Positions 1 to 9,704 of a DNA stretch of 49,060 nt are shown here, piece by piece. The stretch comes from an uncultured Bauldia sp. (GTDB lineage: Bacteria > Pseudomonadota > Alphaproteobacteria > Rhizobiales > Kaistiaceae). The notes beneath the pieces are model-generated. The model was not told where the DNA came from, ran no database searches, and saw only the letters and a list, made by a program, of their open reading frames with translations. The position numbers were made by a program, and so were the translations under genes. The stretch covers positions 1 to 49,060 of the forward strand of contig CAZSWL010000305.1 of the NCBI GenBank assembly GCA_964610725.1, in the 5' to 3' direction. Numbering within the stretch: position 1 is the stretch's first letter; each line of letters opens with the position of its first letter.

Positions 1-926
1 CCCGCCAGAATGTCGTTGTAGATCTGGGCGGTGTCCTTCCCGTAGAGCTTGCCGGTGATCACGTTGAACCCGGGCGGGATGCCGCTCGCCGCCATGGCGG
101 CAAGGGACAGCGCGACGTAGCTGGTCGCCTGCGGGTCCTGCCACTGAGCGGCATTGACGTAGCCGTTGAGCACCTCCTGGGTGGTGTCGAGCGAATTGCC
201 CCAACCGACCACGGGAATGTCGCCGGGCTTGACGCCGACCTGATCGAACACCCGCTTGATGCTGCCGGTGACGAGGTCGCCAAGACCGATGATGGCGTTG
301 ATCTTCGCGCGGTTGGTGGTCAGGTAGTCGACCATCCGGCTGATGACCTCCGCCTGGTCAAGGGTGCAGTCGGTCACCTCCCAGGTGATGTTGAGCGGCT
401 TGAAGACGCTGGCAATCCCCTGCTCTTCCTGGACGCCATACGTGGCGCCGGGCACCTCGACCGGAAGCCAGACGAAGTCACCTGACTTCACCAGCTTGTG
501 GTCGACCAGATACTGGGCCCAATGGGTTCCGAACACGACGTTGTCGCCGCCGACGTAGGCGTCGAAATCCGCCTTGGGGTCGGGCGTGTTGAAGTTGATG
601 ATCGGGATCTTGGCCTCGCGTGCCTGTTTGACGACGTCGACCAGGCTCCCGGGGTCGGGGCTGGTTGTCACGATCCCGTCGGCCTTGGCCGCGATGGCGG
701 TGCGGACCGCCTCCTGTTGCGAGGGAACGTCGCCGTTATGAAACGACGTCTTGACATCCTGACCGGTGTCTTTCGCCCATTGCTGCGCGCCCTGCAGGAA
801 GTAGGTCCATACCGGATCCGCCGGCGATCCATGGGAAATCCAGTAGAAGGTCTTGGCGTGGGCCGCGACCGGCAGCATCAACGCCACAAGGGCGCCGGCG
901 GCGAGCAGTTTCAATTTTCCAGTCAT
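1..926 (-). CDS. Sugar ABC transporter periplasmic substrate-binding protein (PBP type I); 3' end runs off the window
   Basis: Absent from the ORF track because it is open to the window edge. My own minus-strand translation from ATG 926-924 gives MTGKLKLLAAGALVALMLPVAAHA (signal peptide), then KTFYWISHGSPADPVWTYFLQGAQQWAKDTG...DGIVTTSPDP...IPIINFNTPDP. GGGAGGAAG Shine-Dalgarno (complement) lies at 934-942. Confidence 0.8.
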   Translation of the reverse strand, partial: MTGKLKLLAAGALVALMLPVAAHAKTFYWISHGSPADPVWTYFLQGAQQWAKDTGQDVKTSFHNGDVPSQQEAVRTAIAAKADGIVTTSPDPGSLVDVVKQAREAKIPIINFNTPDPKADFDAYVGGDNVVFGTHWAQYLVDHKLVKSGDFVWLPVEVPGATYGVQEEQGIASVFKPLNITWEVTDCTLDQAEVISRMVDYLTTNRAKINAIIGLGDLVTGSIKRVFDQVGVKPGDIPVVGWGNSLDTTQEVLNGYVNAAQWQDPQATSYVALSLAAMAASGIPPGFNVITGKLYGKDTAQIYNDILA

Positions 927-1273
927 TTTCGGTCTTCCTCCCTGTCGTCGTTCTTTTTCGCGCCGACACCGGTCACCGTTTGCCGGGACAAATCTCGTCG
1001 GCGCGGCAAGCAAAACAAGGTCAGCTTTTGCGATGACACTCCGCGCCATCGGTCTCTGTCAAGCTCCCCGGCAACTCGGGCGGAGATGGACAGCCGCGCC
1101 GTGGTCCGTGCCACCGGTTCCGTGACGAACGGTCGCGGGGCACACGGGTCACGGTCGAACATCTTTGCAACCGCCGCAATAGCCGCCTTGCCGAGGAAGC
1201 GTGATCGATCTAGCGTTCGGGCGTTTCTCTTCGGGGCGGACATGGTCGGGGGCATGCATGCCCATGCCACTAA

Positions 1274-2320
1274 GTGAAGGCGCTTGCACGTTGTCGAGAC
1301 GGGAGCTCACCGGTTGTGAGTAACCGCGCGGATCGGTCAGTGAGGGCGCGGACGTGGCAGACGCTCGGCCGGACCATATTCGGCCGGCCGGGCAGCATTC
1401 GCCGCCCGGTGGCGTTCGTGATCGTCATCTGCGCGGTGGCCAGCCTTCTCGCCCCCGCGTTTCTGACCGTCAACAACCTGACGGCGCTTCTGACCAGTTC
1501 GAGCTTCCTAGTGGTCGCCGCCGTCGGCGAAGCCTTCGTCATCATGGTCGGCATGATCGACCTTGGCGTCGAAAGCATGCTGGCGGCGTCCGGAATGCTG
1601 GTCGCCTGGCTGATCGTGTTCCACGGTTTTCCGGCGCCGCTCGCGATCGTGACGACGCTGGTCGTCGGCGGCGGGATCGGCGCGCTGGTCGGCCTGCTGG
1701 TGGCCCGCGGCGGCATTCCCTCCTTCATCGTGACGCTGGCGACCTATTGGGGCATGCGCGGCGTCGCGCTTCTGTTCAACGGCGGCAACTACATCACACC
1801 CGACGTGGTCGACCCTCCGCGCCCATTCGGTTTCGACTGGATAGCGGGGACCGTCAGCGGAATTCCGGTGCTGATCCTCATCGCCCTGGCGATGGTGGTC
1901 GCGGCGCAGGTCATCGTCTCTCTGACCCCTCTCGGCAACTGGATCAGGGCGACCGGCTCAAACGAGGACGCCGCCCGCTCGGTCGGCCTGAGGACAAATT
2001 TCATCAAGGTGCTGGTGCTCGCCATCTCCGGCCTGATGGCGGCGCTCGCCGGGATCATGATCACCGCCTGGCAGGATTCGATCTACCCGCTGACCGGCGA
2101 GGGCGACTCACTGCAGGCGATCGCCGGCGTTATTCTCGGTGGCATCCCGTTCACCGGCGGCCGCGGCACGATCGTCGGGGCAGCGCTCGGTGTTCTCGTC
2201 ATCGGAGTGATCAACGACGTCATCGTTCTGGTTGGCCTGCCGTCGATGTACGAATACATCTTCGTTGCCGCGATCCTCATTCTGGCCGGGTTGCAAGCGC
2301 GAGTCGCGTCGGCAAAATAG
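1274..2320 (+). CDS. CUT2 (ribose/xylose-type) sugar ABC transporter permease
   Basis: 348-aa ORF, strongly hydrophobic, with RbsC-like strings (AVGEAFVIMVGMIDLGVESM, LGGIPFTGGRGTIVGAALGVLVIGVI). Start is uncertain (GTG 1274 or GTG 1340). Confidence 0.85.
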   Translation: MKALARCRDGSSPVVSNRADRSVRARTWQTLGRTIFGRPGSIRRPVAFVIVICAVASLLAPAFLTVNNLTALLTSSSFLVVAAVGEAFVIMVGMIDLGVESMLAASGMLVAWLIVFHGFPAPLAIVTTLVVGGGIGALVGLLVARGGIPSFIVTLATYWGMRGVALLFNGGNYITPDVVDPPRPFGFDWIAGTVSGIPVLILIALAMVVAAQVIVSLTPLGNWIRATGSNEDAARSVGLRTNFIKVLVLAISGLMAALAGIMITAWQDSIYPLTGEGDSLQAIAGVILGGIPFTGGRGTIVGAALGVLVIGVINDVIVLVGLPSMYEYIFVAAILILAGLQARVASAK

Positions 2321-2342
2321 GCGCTCTCGGCTTTCATCGGGA

Positions 2343-3086
2343 TCAGAACATGGCGTGGACGAGATCGCTGATGGTGAGACCGCGGTTGTCGAGCACGTAG
2401 CGGACGCTGCCCTGCCGGAAGACGACGATGCGATCACTGACCTGGAGAACGTCCTCCAGACGATGGCTGACGAGCAGGACAGTCTTGCCGCCGCTGCGCA
2501 GCCGCCCGATGAGGGCGAGTACGCCCTCGACCTTCTGCACCGAGATCGCGGCGGTGGGCTCGTCCATGATGATCACCTGCCGGTCGAACAGGATCGCCCG
2601 ACCAATCGCCACCGCCTGCTGTTCGCCGCCCGACAGCTCGCCGACGAGATCGTCGGGCAGGACGCCGACGTTCAATTCGGCGAGGACCTCACCGGCTCGC
2701 GCCCGCATCTGGCCGCGCGCCGACCACAAGCCGAACCGCCGGATCTCCTCACCCAGGAACAGGTTCTCCCACACCGTCAGGTCCGGCGCCAGCTCCAGCC
2801 GCTGGTAGATCATTTCGATCTTGAAATCGTTGCGCGCCGTGCGCGGCGAATGAACGTGGACTTCCCGGCCGCGGTAGAGGAAGTGGCCGGAGTCCGGCTG
2901 ATAAAAGCCGGTGAGAAGCGACAGGAAGGTCGACTTTCCGGCGCCGTTATCGCCAATGATGCCGACAACCTCCTGCGGATAGAAGTCGAGGCTGACGCCG
3001 TCCACGGCCCGGACCGGCCCGAAGGCCTTGACCAGATCGTGGACGGATATCAGCGGTTGCCGGCCGTCGCCGCCGGACTCCGTCAT
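2343..3086 (-). CDS. Sugar ABC transporter ATP-binding protein (single NBD, FrcA-like)
   Basis: Walker A GDNGAGKST, signature LSGGEQQ, Walker B IIMDEP. I trimmed the track ORF 2343-3296 to ATG 3086 (MTESGG), 2 nt after the upstream SBP stop at 3089-3091. Confidence 0.9.
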   Translation of the reverse strand: MTESGGDGRQPLISVHDLVKAFGPVRAVDGVSLDFYPQEVVGIIGDNGAGKSTFLSLLTGFYQPDSGHFLYRGREVHVHSPRTARNDFKIEMIYQRLELAPDLTVWENLFLGEEIRRFGLWSARGQMRARAGEVLAELNVGVLPDDLVGELSGGEQQAVAIGRAILFDRQVIIMDEPTAAISVQKVEGVLALIGRLRSGGKTVLLVSHRLEDVLQVSDRIVVFRQGSVRYVLDNRGLTISDLVHAMF

Positions 3087-3088
3087 GC

Positions 3089-4144
3089 TCACTTGCTTGC
3101 GGTCACGTCGAAGGTCTGGGTCATGCCTCCGTAGGGCAACGGCACGATCTTCTGCGGCGTCCCCCAGCCGGCGATCTTGTCGACATTGGCCTTGGTCACC
3201 AGCGTCATCGGGATGATGACGTTGCCCTTCGGGAACTTCGCCGCGGGCGGCTTGGTGCCATTCTTCAGGTAGACCTCCATCGCCTCTACCGCCCAATAGG
3301 CCTCGACGAAGGGGGCGTGGGTGACGGTGTCGAGCTGGGTGCCCGCCTTGATGGCGTCCATGCTTTCCGGCTGCGCGTCGGCGCCGACCACCAGGGTCTT
3401 GTCGCCGGGGGTGATGCCGTGGGTCTTCAACGCATTGATCACGCCGAGCGCCATGGCGTCATTGGCACAAACAACCAGTTGGATATCGGTGGTCTTGGCG
3501 AGCTCGGCGGTCATCATCGACTGCGCCTTATCGGTGGCGAAGTTGGCCGACTGGTTGAGAACGATGTCGACCTCCTTCTTGTTGACCAGCGGCTGCAGGA
3601 CATCCATGGCGCCCTTGAGCCGTCCGATCGACACGCTGGCACCAAGGGTGCCTTGCAGAACCACCACGTGCCATGGCTTCGGCACGTTGTTCTTGGCGAG
3701 AGTGTCGACCCCGAACTGGGTCTCCTCCTTGCCGAGCGTCACATCGTCGTCGCCGATGAAAGCGACGCGCGCAGCAGGTTTGCTGACGTCGCGGTCCACG
3801 GTGACGACCGGCACACCGGCTTTCATCGCCTTCTGGGCGGCGCTCGTCACCGACTCCTGAATGGTGTTGAGGATGATGCCCTTGGCGCCGGCGGCGACCG
3901 CCTCGTTGATGTCGGTGATCTCCTGCGACGCCGAGTTGTTGGCGTTGACGATCTTGACCGTCATGTCCGGAAAATGGCCGACCGCCTGCTTCACGGCGTC
4001 CGCCATGGGCGCGAAATAGGGATAGGCGTATCCGGTGAAGATGAAATAGACCGATTTCGGCGTCGCCGCTGCGGCGGCCGACGTCGCGCCAATCGCCATC
4101 GGTACGAAGCCTGCCGCGAGGCAGGCGGCGAGCATCTTTTTCAT
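3089..4144 (-). CDS. Sugar ABC transporter periplasmic substrate-binding protein
   Basis: 351-aa ORF with signal peptide MKKMLAACLAAGFVPMAIGATSAAAAA. PBP type I pattern (GIILNT, VPVVTVDRDV, VVCANDAMALG). Confidence 0.9.
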   Translation of the reverse strand: MKKMLAACLAAGFVPMAIGATSAAAAATPKSVYFIFTGYAYPYFAPMADAVKQAVGHFPDMTVKIVNANNSASQEITDINEAVAAGAKGIILNTIQESVTSAAQKAMKAGVPVVTVDRDVSKPAARVAFIGDDDVTLGKEETQFGVDTLAKNNVPKPWHVVVLQGTLGASVSIGRLKGAMDVLQPLVNKKEVDIVLNQSANFATDKAQSMMTAELAKTTDIQLVVCANDAMALGVINALKTHGITPGDKTLVVGADAQPESMDAIKAGTQLDTVTHAPFVEAYWAVEAMEVYLKNGTKPPAAKFPKGNVIIPMTLVTKANVDKIAGWGTPQKIVPLPYGGMTQTFDVTASK

Positions 4145-4318
4145 AGCGTTCCTCCTGAATGTCGCCCGCGTGTCGCCCGGTGTGCTAAATAGCAGCTATG
4201 CGTGAGCTGGCAAGCGAGGGACCTGCCCGGACGGACCTCATGCCATCGGGCGATCCGGCGTTCCCACGCAGACAAAAGGCGGTTTTGATGGAGATGCGTC
4301 TGGGCGAAATGCGGTCGA

Positions 4319-5656
4319 TCAATACAGTTCGAGGTATTCGTTCACTTCCCAATCGGTGACGTGCGACTGAAAGCGGCCGAGCTCGAATCGCTTGACGGCC
4401 GCGAACACCCGCACGAAATCCTCGCCCAGCATCTGTGTCATTTCGTGGTCCGCCTCGAGGGCGGAGAGAGCGTCGGCGAGTGTCTGCGGAAACTTCGGCA
4501 GGGCCGGATTGTCCTCGCTGGTCGTCTCGCGCGACTGCTCCCTCAGCTTCGCCTTCGCCTTGACGCCGAGCAGCCCTGCCGCGAGCGTCGCGGCCGCCAG
4601 CAGATACGGATTGCTCGCGGCCGAACCGCCGCGCATTTCGAGATGGGTGTCGTCGTCGGCGGTGGCCTTGACCCTGACCAACGCCGAACGATCCTGAACA
4701 CCCCAGCTGACGTTGGAAGGCGCGAACGTGTACGGCTTGACGCGGTGGTAGCAGTTCGGCGTCGGGTTGATCAGCGGCATCATCGCGCCCGCGTGCGCCA
4801 GCACACCCTCAGCGAACGAGGCCCCCACCGCCGAGAGCGAGCCTTCCGCGCCGGCATCATGGAAAGCATTGGCGCCGCTCTTGCGGTCGGCGAGACTGAC
4901 GTGCAGATGGCAGCCGCTGCCCGACAGTCCGGCGAACGGCTTGGTCATGAAGGTCGCGATGTAGCCGTTGCGGTGGGCGAGCTCCTTCATGCCGTTCTTG
5001 AAGGCAAATGCCTTGTCGGCTGCGGCGAGATTCACGCCCGGCCCGTAAACGGTCTCGTACTGCGAGCCGGCGTATTCGCAATTGTGCGTGATCACATCGA
5101 TGCCGTAGGCGCGTAGCGTCGGGACGAGTTGATCGAGGAACGGCACGTAGTGATTGCGCACCGTATGGAAGATGTGAATGCCGTCATACAGCCGCTGTCT
5201 GGTTTCGGCCGATAGCAGGTAGTACTCGTATTCGTGACCCATCATCACGTCGTAGCCGAGCGCGTTTGCCGCGCGCACCAATTCCGACATGACCCAGCGC
5301 GGCGCTGCCCGCTGCGGGGTACCGTCATACTCGTAGCCCAGGCAAACGACGCTGGCGGTCTTGTCCAGCCAGGGAATGACGCGAAAAGAGTCGGGATCCG
5401 GAAACAGCGCCTGATCGGCGTAGTTGCGCTGGGTGTGGAGCGCGCTTGCCGGCACCACGTTTGACGAAGTGTCGAGCCCGAGCACGCCGCCGTAGAAGTT
5501 CAGCCCCCTGCGGGCATAGGACTCGACCTTGTCGGCCGGCACGGTTTTCGACCGCGACAGGCCGTGCATATCCGGCAGCTCGAAGCGCAAATATTCTATG
5601 TTGTGTTCCCGCAACTTGGCCATCAGCCGCGTTGCTTGCTCGTCCCGATCGGTCAT
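4319..5656 (-). CDS. Glutamine synthetase family ligase (gamma-glutamyl-amine synthetase / PuuA-like)
   Basis: 445 aa. GS catalytic motifs present: HEYEYYLL, NCEYAGSQYE, FMTKPFAGLSGSGCHLHVSL, SWGVQDRSALVRV, EMRGGSAASNPYL. Confidence 0.85.
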   Translation of the reverse strand: MTDRDEQATRLMAKLREHNIEYLRFELPDMHGLSRSKTVPADKVESYARRGLNFYGGVLGLDTSSNVVPASALHTQRNYADQALFPDPDSFRVIPWLDKTASVVCLGYEYDGTPQRAAPRWVMSELVRAANALGYDVMMGHEYEYYLLSAETRQRLYDGIHIFHTVRNHYVPFLDQLVPTLRAYGIDVITHNCEYAGSQYETVYGPGVNLAAADKAFAFKNGMKELAHRNGYIATFMTKPFAGLSGSGCHLHVSLADRKSGANAFHDAGAEGSLSAVGASFAEGVLAHAGAMMPLINPTPNCYHRVKPYTFAPSNVSWGVQDRSALVRVKATADDDTHLEMRGGSAASNPYLLAAATLAAGLLGVKAKAKLREQSRETTSEDNPALPKFPQTLADALSALEADHEMTQMLGEDFVRVFAAVKRFELGRFQSHVTDWEVNEYLELY

Positions 5657-5723
5657 GCCGCGTCCCCGTCACTCAAGCGGACCGGCGTCCGGAGGGCCGG
5701 ACGCGGGCCTGCACCTCGCCTTG

Positions 5724-5760
5724 TGAAAAATGAGCGGGAGGCGGCAAAAGCCTCCCGCTC
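5724..5760 (-). terminator. Rho-independent terminator after the Liv-type binding-protein gene
   Basis: Perfect 11-bp GC-rich stem (5732-5742 gagcgggaggc / 5750-5760 gcctcccgctc) with a 7-nt loop. On the minus strand it is followed by ATTTTTC (5731-5725). It starts 9 nt after the stop at 5769. Confidence 0.6.
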
Positions 5761-5768
5761 CGGATCGT

Positions 5769-6938
5769 TCAGGGCGCCGCGATGTAGGTGGGGTCGACGC
5801 TTGCGGCGAGATAGAGCGCATCATTCTTGACGCCGATCATGGCCACCGTCTTGGACGGGACGCGGACGCCACTCGGATAGGAAATCGTGCCGGTGACGCC
5901 GGCATAGCCGTTGGTCGCGGCGATCGCGTCGCGAATGGCCTTCGGGTCCGTCGATCCGGCCCGCTTGATGGCGTCGGCGATCAGCCCGACCGTATCGTAG
6001 CCGAGCGCGGCGAAGGCGTTCTCCGGATCGGTGCCGTAGGCGGCCTTGTAGGCGGCCATGAACTTCTGCACCGCCGGCGTTGACTCGTCCGACATGAAGG
6101 CGTGCGTCGAATAGTAGACGTTGTTCGCCGCCGCGCCGCCGACGCTGAGAAGAAGCGGCGTGTCGTATCCGTCGCCGCCGACGATCGGCTCCATGACGCC
6201 GGCCTGGCGCATCTGCTTGACGACGAGGCCGATGTCGTCGGGCATGGCCGAGACGTACACCACGTCCGGCTTCATCGACATCGCCTTCAGCTTGGTGATC
6301 TGCGCGGTGAACGATGTGTCGCCGCTCTTGTAGTCGTCGCGGCCGATGATCTTGCCGCCGTCATGGGTGAACGCCTCGTCGAAATACTTGGCCAGCAGCG
6401 TCGTATATTCGGTCGAGTTGTCGCGGAGCAGGAAGACGTTCGAGCCGTTGAGCTTTGCCTTGACGAAATCGGCACCCGCCGCCGCCTGCACGTTGTCGCC
6501 GAAGCAGGCGAGAAAGATGTCGTCGCCGATCTGTTCAGGCAGCTTGGGCGAGGTGGCGCCCGGGGTGACGAAGGGTATGCCCGCCTGCTGGAAGATCGGC
6601 CCGGCCGCGAGCACCGAATCGGAATCGGTGAAGCCCATCGCCACCGGCACGTGGTCCTGATTGATCAGCTGGCTGGAGGTGGCGGCGATCACCGTCGGGT
6701 CGGTCTTGGTGTCGTAGATGACGAGCTCGATCTGCTTGCCGTCGATGCCGCCGGCGTCGTTGATCTCCTTGGCCTTCAACTTGGCGCCGTTGAGGGCCGG
6801 CGCGTCGAGAGACGAGAGCGCGCCGGTGACGTTGAACGGCGCTCCGATCTTTATGGTGTCCGCCGCGGATGCGGCGTTCGCGGCAATGAGACCGGCCGTC
6901 AGGACCAGCCCGGTTGCACCCCATTTCGCATACTTCAT
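5769..6938 (-). CDS. Liv-type (branched-chain amino acid / amide family) ABC substrate-binding protein
   Basis: Real start is ATG 6938 (MKYAKWGATGLVLTAGLIAANAASAADTIKIGAPFNVTGAL), inside the 726-aa track ORF. ATGA overlap with the upstream permease stop. LivJ/AmiC-like pattern. Confidence 0.85.
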   Translation of the reverse strand: MKYAKWGATGLVLTAGLIAANAASAADTIKIGAPFNVTGALSSLDAPALNGAKLKAKEINDAGGIDGKQIELVIYDTKTDPTVIAATSSQLINQDHVPVAMGFTDSDSVLAAGPIFQQAGIPFVTPGATSPKLPEQIGDDIFLACFGDNVQAAAGADFVKAKLNGSNVFLLRDNSTEYTTLLAKYFDEAFTHDGGKIIGRDDYKSGDTSFTAQITKLKAMSMKPDVVYVSAMPDDIGLVVKQMRQAGVMEPIVGGDGYDTPLLLSVGGAAANNVYYSTHAFMSDESTPAVQKFMAAYKAAYGTDPENAFAALGYDTVGLIADAIKRAGSTDPKAIRDAIAATNGYAGVTGTISYPSGVRVPSKTVAMIGVKNDALYLAASVDPTYIAAP

Positions 6939-7972
6939 GGCTTGCTCCTCTCTGTTTTGAACGCCCCTGTCAGACTTTTGAGCGTCAGTTCGTGATCGCC
7001 CAACATGCCGGTCGGACGAAAGATCATGATCAGGATGAACAGGATGCCAAGCACGATCTGTGCCGCACCGTAGAGCGGCGGCAGGGTCACGACGCCAAGA
7101 TCGAGGCCGCGTTCCAGGTTGCGCAAGACCTCGCTGAACAAGGTCACGACGACGACTCCCACGACGGCCCCCGTCAGGCTCTGCATGCCGCCGATCACCA
7201 ACATGCTGATCAGGGTGAAAGTATAGGCCATGTAGAAGCTTGCTGGCGAGAACGATCCCAGATAGTGACCATAAAGGGAGCCGCCGACCCCGGCGAAAAA
7301 TGCGCCGAGGGCGAAGGCGGAAAGCCGCGTGCTCAGCACGGAAATGCCGACTGCCTGAGCCGCTATCGTGTCCTCGCGAACCGAACGGTAACGCCGGCCG
7401 GTCGGCGAGTAGACGACCCGGGCGAGGATCACCAGCGTCACCACCAGCCATCCCACCGCCCAGGGAAGCGTCGTCTGCAGGGGTACGCCGGTGAAGGTGC
7501 GCGCGCCGCGGGTGAACGAAACCGCGTTGATCAGCACCACGTTGACGATAATCAGGAACCCGAGGGTCGCCACCGCCACGAAGTAGCCGGAAAGACGCAT
7601 GAGTGGCGCCCCGACCAGCAAGGCGAGGACGACACAGATAAGGCCGCCAATGATCGTCGCCGGCAGGAACGGCAACGTGATCGAAGCCAGCCAGTGGGGC
7701 AGATCCGGCAGATAGGCGTGCTTGGCCGCAGCCGACAAGGACAGGATGCCCGAGGCATAGGCGCCGACTGCCACGAAACCCACGTGTCCCAACGAGAAAA
7801 CGCCGGTGAAGCCGTTGGCGACGCTGAGCGACGATACCAGGATCGCGTTGATGCACATCACAATGATGACGCGCACGAGATAGTCGTTCAACAGATGGGG
7901 CGTCTGCCAGGTGGCGAGCGCGATTAGGCAGAGACCGGCCAGTGCCCACAGCGCCGTCACTGCCCGCGTCAC
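6935..7972 (-). CDS. Liv-type ABC permease (LivM-like)
   Basis: 345 aa, hydrophobic, with NGFTGVFSLGHVGFVAVGAY typical of LivM. GTG start overlaps the LivH-like stop (GTGA). Confidence 0.9.
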   Translation of the reverse strand: MTRAVTALWALAGLCLIALATWQTPHLLNDYLVRVIIVMCINAILVSSLSVANGFTGVFSLGHVGFVAVGAYASGILSLSAAAKHAYLPDLPHWLASITLPFLPATIIGGLICVVLALLVGAPLMRLSGYFVAVATLGFLIIVNVVLINAVSFTRGARTFTGVPLQTTLPWAVGWLVVTLVILARVVYSPTGRRYRSVREDTIAAQAVGISVLSTRLSAFALGAFFAGVGGSLYGHYLGSFSPASFYMAYTFTLISMLVIGGMQSLTGAVVGVVVVTLFSEVLRNLERGLDLGVVTLPPLYGAAQIVLGILFILIMIFRPTGMLGDHELTLKSLTGAFKTERSKP

Positions 7973-8871
7973 AGCTTCACCTCCTGCGTGCGATTGAGAA
8001 GACCGTTCGGCCTAAACAACAGGAACGCTATCAACAGCGCGAAGACGATGGCATCGCGATAAGGCGATACCGCGGAGGGCAGGAAGGCGACGATGAGCAC
8101 CTCCAGGCCGCCCAGCACGAAGCCACCGAGCAGCGCCCCCGCGATCGAGCCGAAGCCGCCAATGATCGCGGCGACGAATGCCTTGAGCAGCGGCGTGAAG
8201 CCCATGTGCGGCTCCACGATCCCCGCCTGAGCAGCCCACAGGACGCCGGCAAGTCCGGCGAAGGCTGAGGCGATGGCGAAGGCGACGACGATGAGGCGGT
8301 TGACGTCGAGCCCGACCAGCTGGGCGGCGCCCAAATCCTCCGCTGCCGCGCGCATGCCGAGACCGGCGTCGGTGCGGGTGACGAACCAGCCGAGGAAGGC
8401 CAGCGCCACGATGGTGAGCACGACGGTGACGACGTTGATCTGGGTGAAGGTGATCTGGCCGCCGTGGAACTGGAGGGCGGTGTTCATCCAGTCCGGCAGC
8501 GGAAAGTTCTTGGGCGAGCTGGTGAACACCAGGATTCCGAAGTTCTCGAGGATATAGGTGACCGCGAGGCTGGTGAGCAGCAGCGTCACGTCGGGCGCCC
8601 CTCGCACCGGCCGATAGGCGACCCGCTCGACGATGACGCCGGCGGCCGCGCCGGCGGCGACACCGCCAAGAGCGGCGATCCAGAACGGTATCCCGATCGC
8701 GCCAAACACCAGGGTGGCGAAGGCACCGACCATCATCATGTCGCCGTGGGCGAAATTGGTCATGCGCAGGATGCCGAACACCATGGAGAGGCCGATGGCG
8801 ACGAGTGCGTAGAGGCTGCCGAGCGCCACCGCGTTTATCAACTGCTGGACGATGTAGAGCTCGGTGCTCAT
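7969..8871 (-). CDS. Liv-type ABC permease (LivH-like)
   Basis: 300 aa. N-terminus MSTELYIVQQLINAVALGSLYALVAIGLSMVFGILRMTNFAHGD is the classic LivH signature. ATGA overlap with the upstream gene. Confidence 0.9.
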   Translation of the reverse strand: MSTELYIVQQLINAVALGSLYALVAIGLSMVFGILRMTNFAHGDMMMVGAFATLVFGAIGIPFWIAALGGVAAGAAAGVIVERVAYRPVRGAPDVTLLLTSLAVTYILENFGILVFTSSPKNFPLPDWMNTALQFHGGQITFTQINVVTVVLTIVALAFLGWFVTRTDAGLGMRAAAEDLGAAQLVGLDVNRLIVVAFAIASAFAGLAGVLWAAQAGIVEPHMGFTPLLKAFVAAIIGGFGSIAGALLGGFVLGGLEVLIVAFLPSAVSPYRDAIVFALLIAFLLFRPNGLLNRTQEVKL

Positions 8872-9704
8872 CGGCGGGTTCCGAGATAGGCGGCCGCCAC
8901 GGCCTCGTAGTCCGCCTTCAGCTCCGCCGCCGGACCCGACATGCTCACCGATCCGGTGGTCAAGACGTAGGCCCGGTCCGCCAGATCGAGGGCGAGTGAC
9001 ATGTTCTGTTCCACCAGCAGGATTGCAATGCCCATCTCTTTCAGCTCGGCAAGCGTGCGGAAGATCGATTGGACGATGAGCGGCGCGATGCCGAGCGACG
9101 GTTCATCGAGAAGCAGCAGCCGCGGCCGCGCCATCATGGCGCGGGCGAGGGCCAGCATCTGCTGCTCACCGCCCGACAGCGTCCCCGCCGTCTGGCCCAT
9201 TCGCTCACGCAGGACCGGAAAAAGGTCGCAGACACGCGCGCGGTCGGCCGCAATCGACTCACGGTCGGAGCGCGCCGTGGCACCGAGGCGCAGATTCTCC
9301 GCAACCGACAGGCTGCCGAAGACGCGCCTGCCTTCCGGGCAATGGGCAATCCCGAGGCGCACGATCCGCGACGGCGACAGCCGGTCGATGCGCTCGCTGG
9401 CGAAGGAGACGGTGCCGCCACGCGGGCGAGTCAATCCCGAGATCGTACGCAGAGTCGTGCTCTTGCCGGCTCCGTTGGCGCCGAGCAGGGCGACGACCTC
9501 GCCCTCCCTCACCTCGACGTCGATCCCTTTGACCGCCGCGATCGCGCCGTAATTCACTTCGAGGCCGGCGATCGCGAGCAGGGGCTCGCCGCCCGACGTC
9601 CTCCCGGTGACGTTGGGGGCAGTGTCAGGTCTGACCAAGATACACCTCGCGCACTCGCGGATTGGCCTGCACCTCGGACGGAGTGCCTTCGAAGATGCGC
9701 TCAC
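8868..9704 (-). CDS. Liv-type ABC ATP-binding protein (LivF-like)
   Basis: Walker A GANGAGKST, LSGGEQQMLALARA, LLLLDEPSLG. Start uncertain: GTG 9704 or TTG 9638; either overlaps the LivG-like stop at 9625. Confidence 0.9.
   Translation of the reverse strand: MSASSKALRPRCRPIRECARCILVRPDTAPNVTGRTSGGEPLLAIAGLEVNYGAIAAVKGIDVEVREGEVVALLGANGAGKSTTLRTISGLTRPRGGTVSFASERIDRLSPSRIVRLGIAHCPEGRRVFGSLSVAENLRLGATARSDRESIAADRARVCDLFPVLRERMGQTAGTLSGGEQQMLALARAMMARPRLLLLDEPSLGIAPLIVQSIFRTLAELKEMGIAILLVEQNMSLALDLADRAYVLTTGSVSMSGPAAELKADYEAVAAAYLGTRR

Noticed and set aside
4160-4179. Direct repeat TGTCGCCCG-CG-TGTCGCCCG just upstream of binding-protein gene B.
   Set aside because: This is a 9-nt GC-rich repeat in GC-rich DNA with no second occurrence elsewhere in the window. 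It is too weak to call a regulatory site.
5769-7949. 726-aa ORF apparently fusing a large N-terminal extension to the Liv-type binding protein.
   Set aside because: The upstream 336 codons overlap the LivM-like permease in another frame and look like shadow sequence. A signal-peptide-bearing ATG at 6938, with an ATGA overlap to the permease stop, is the real start.
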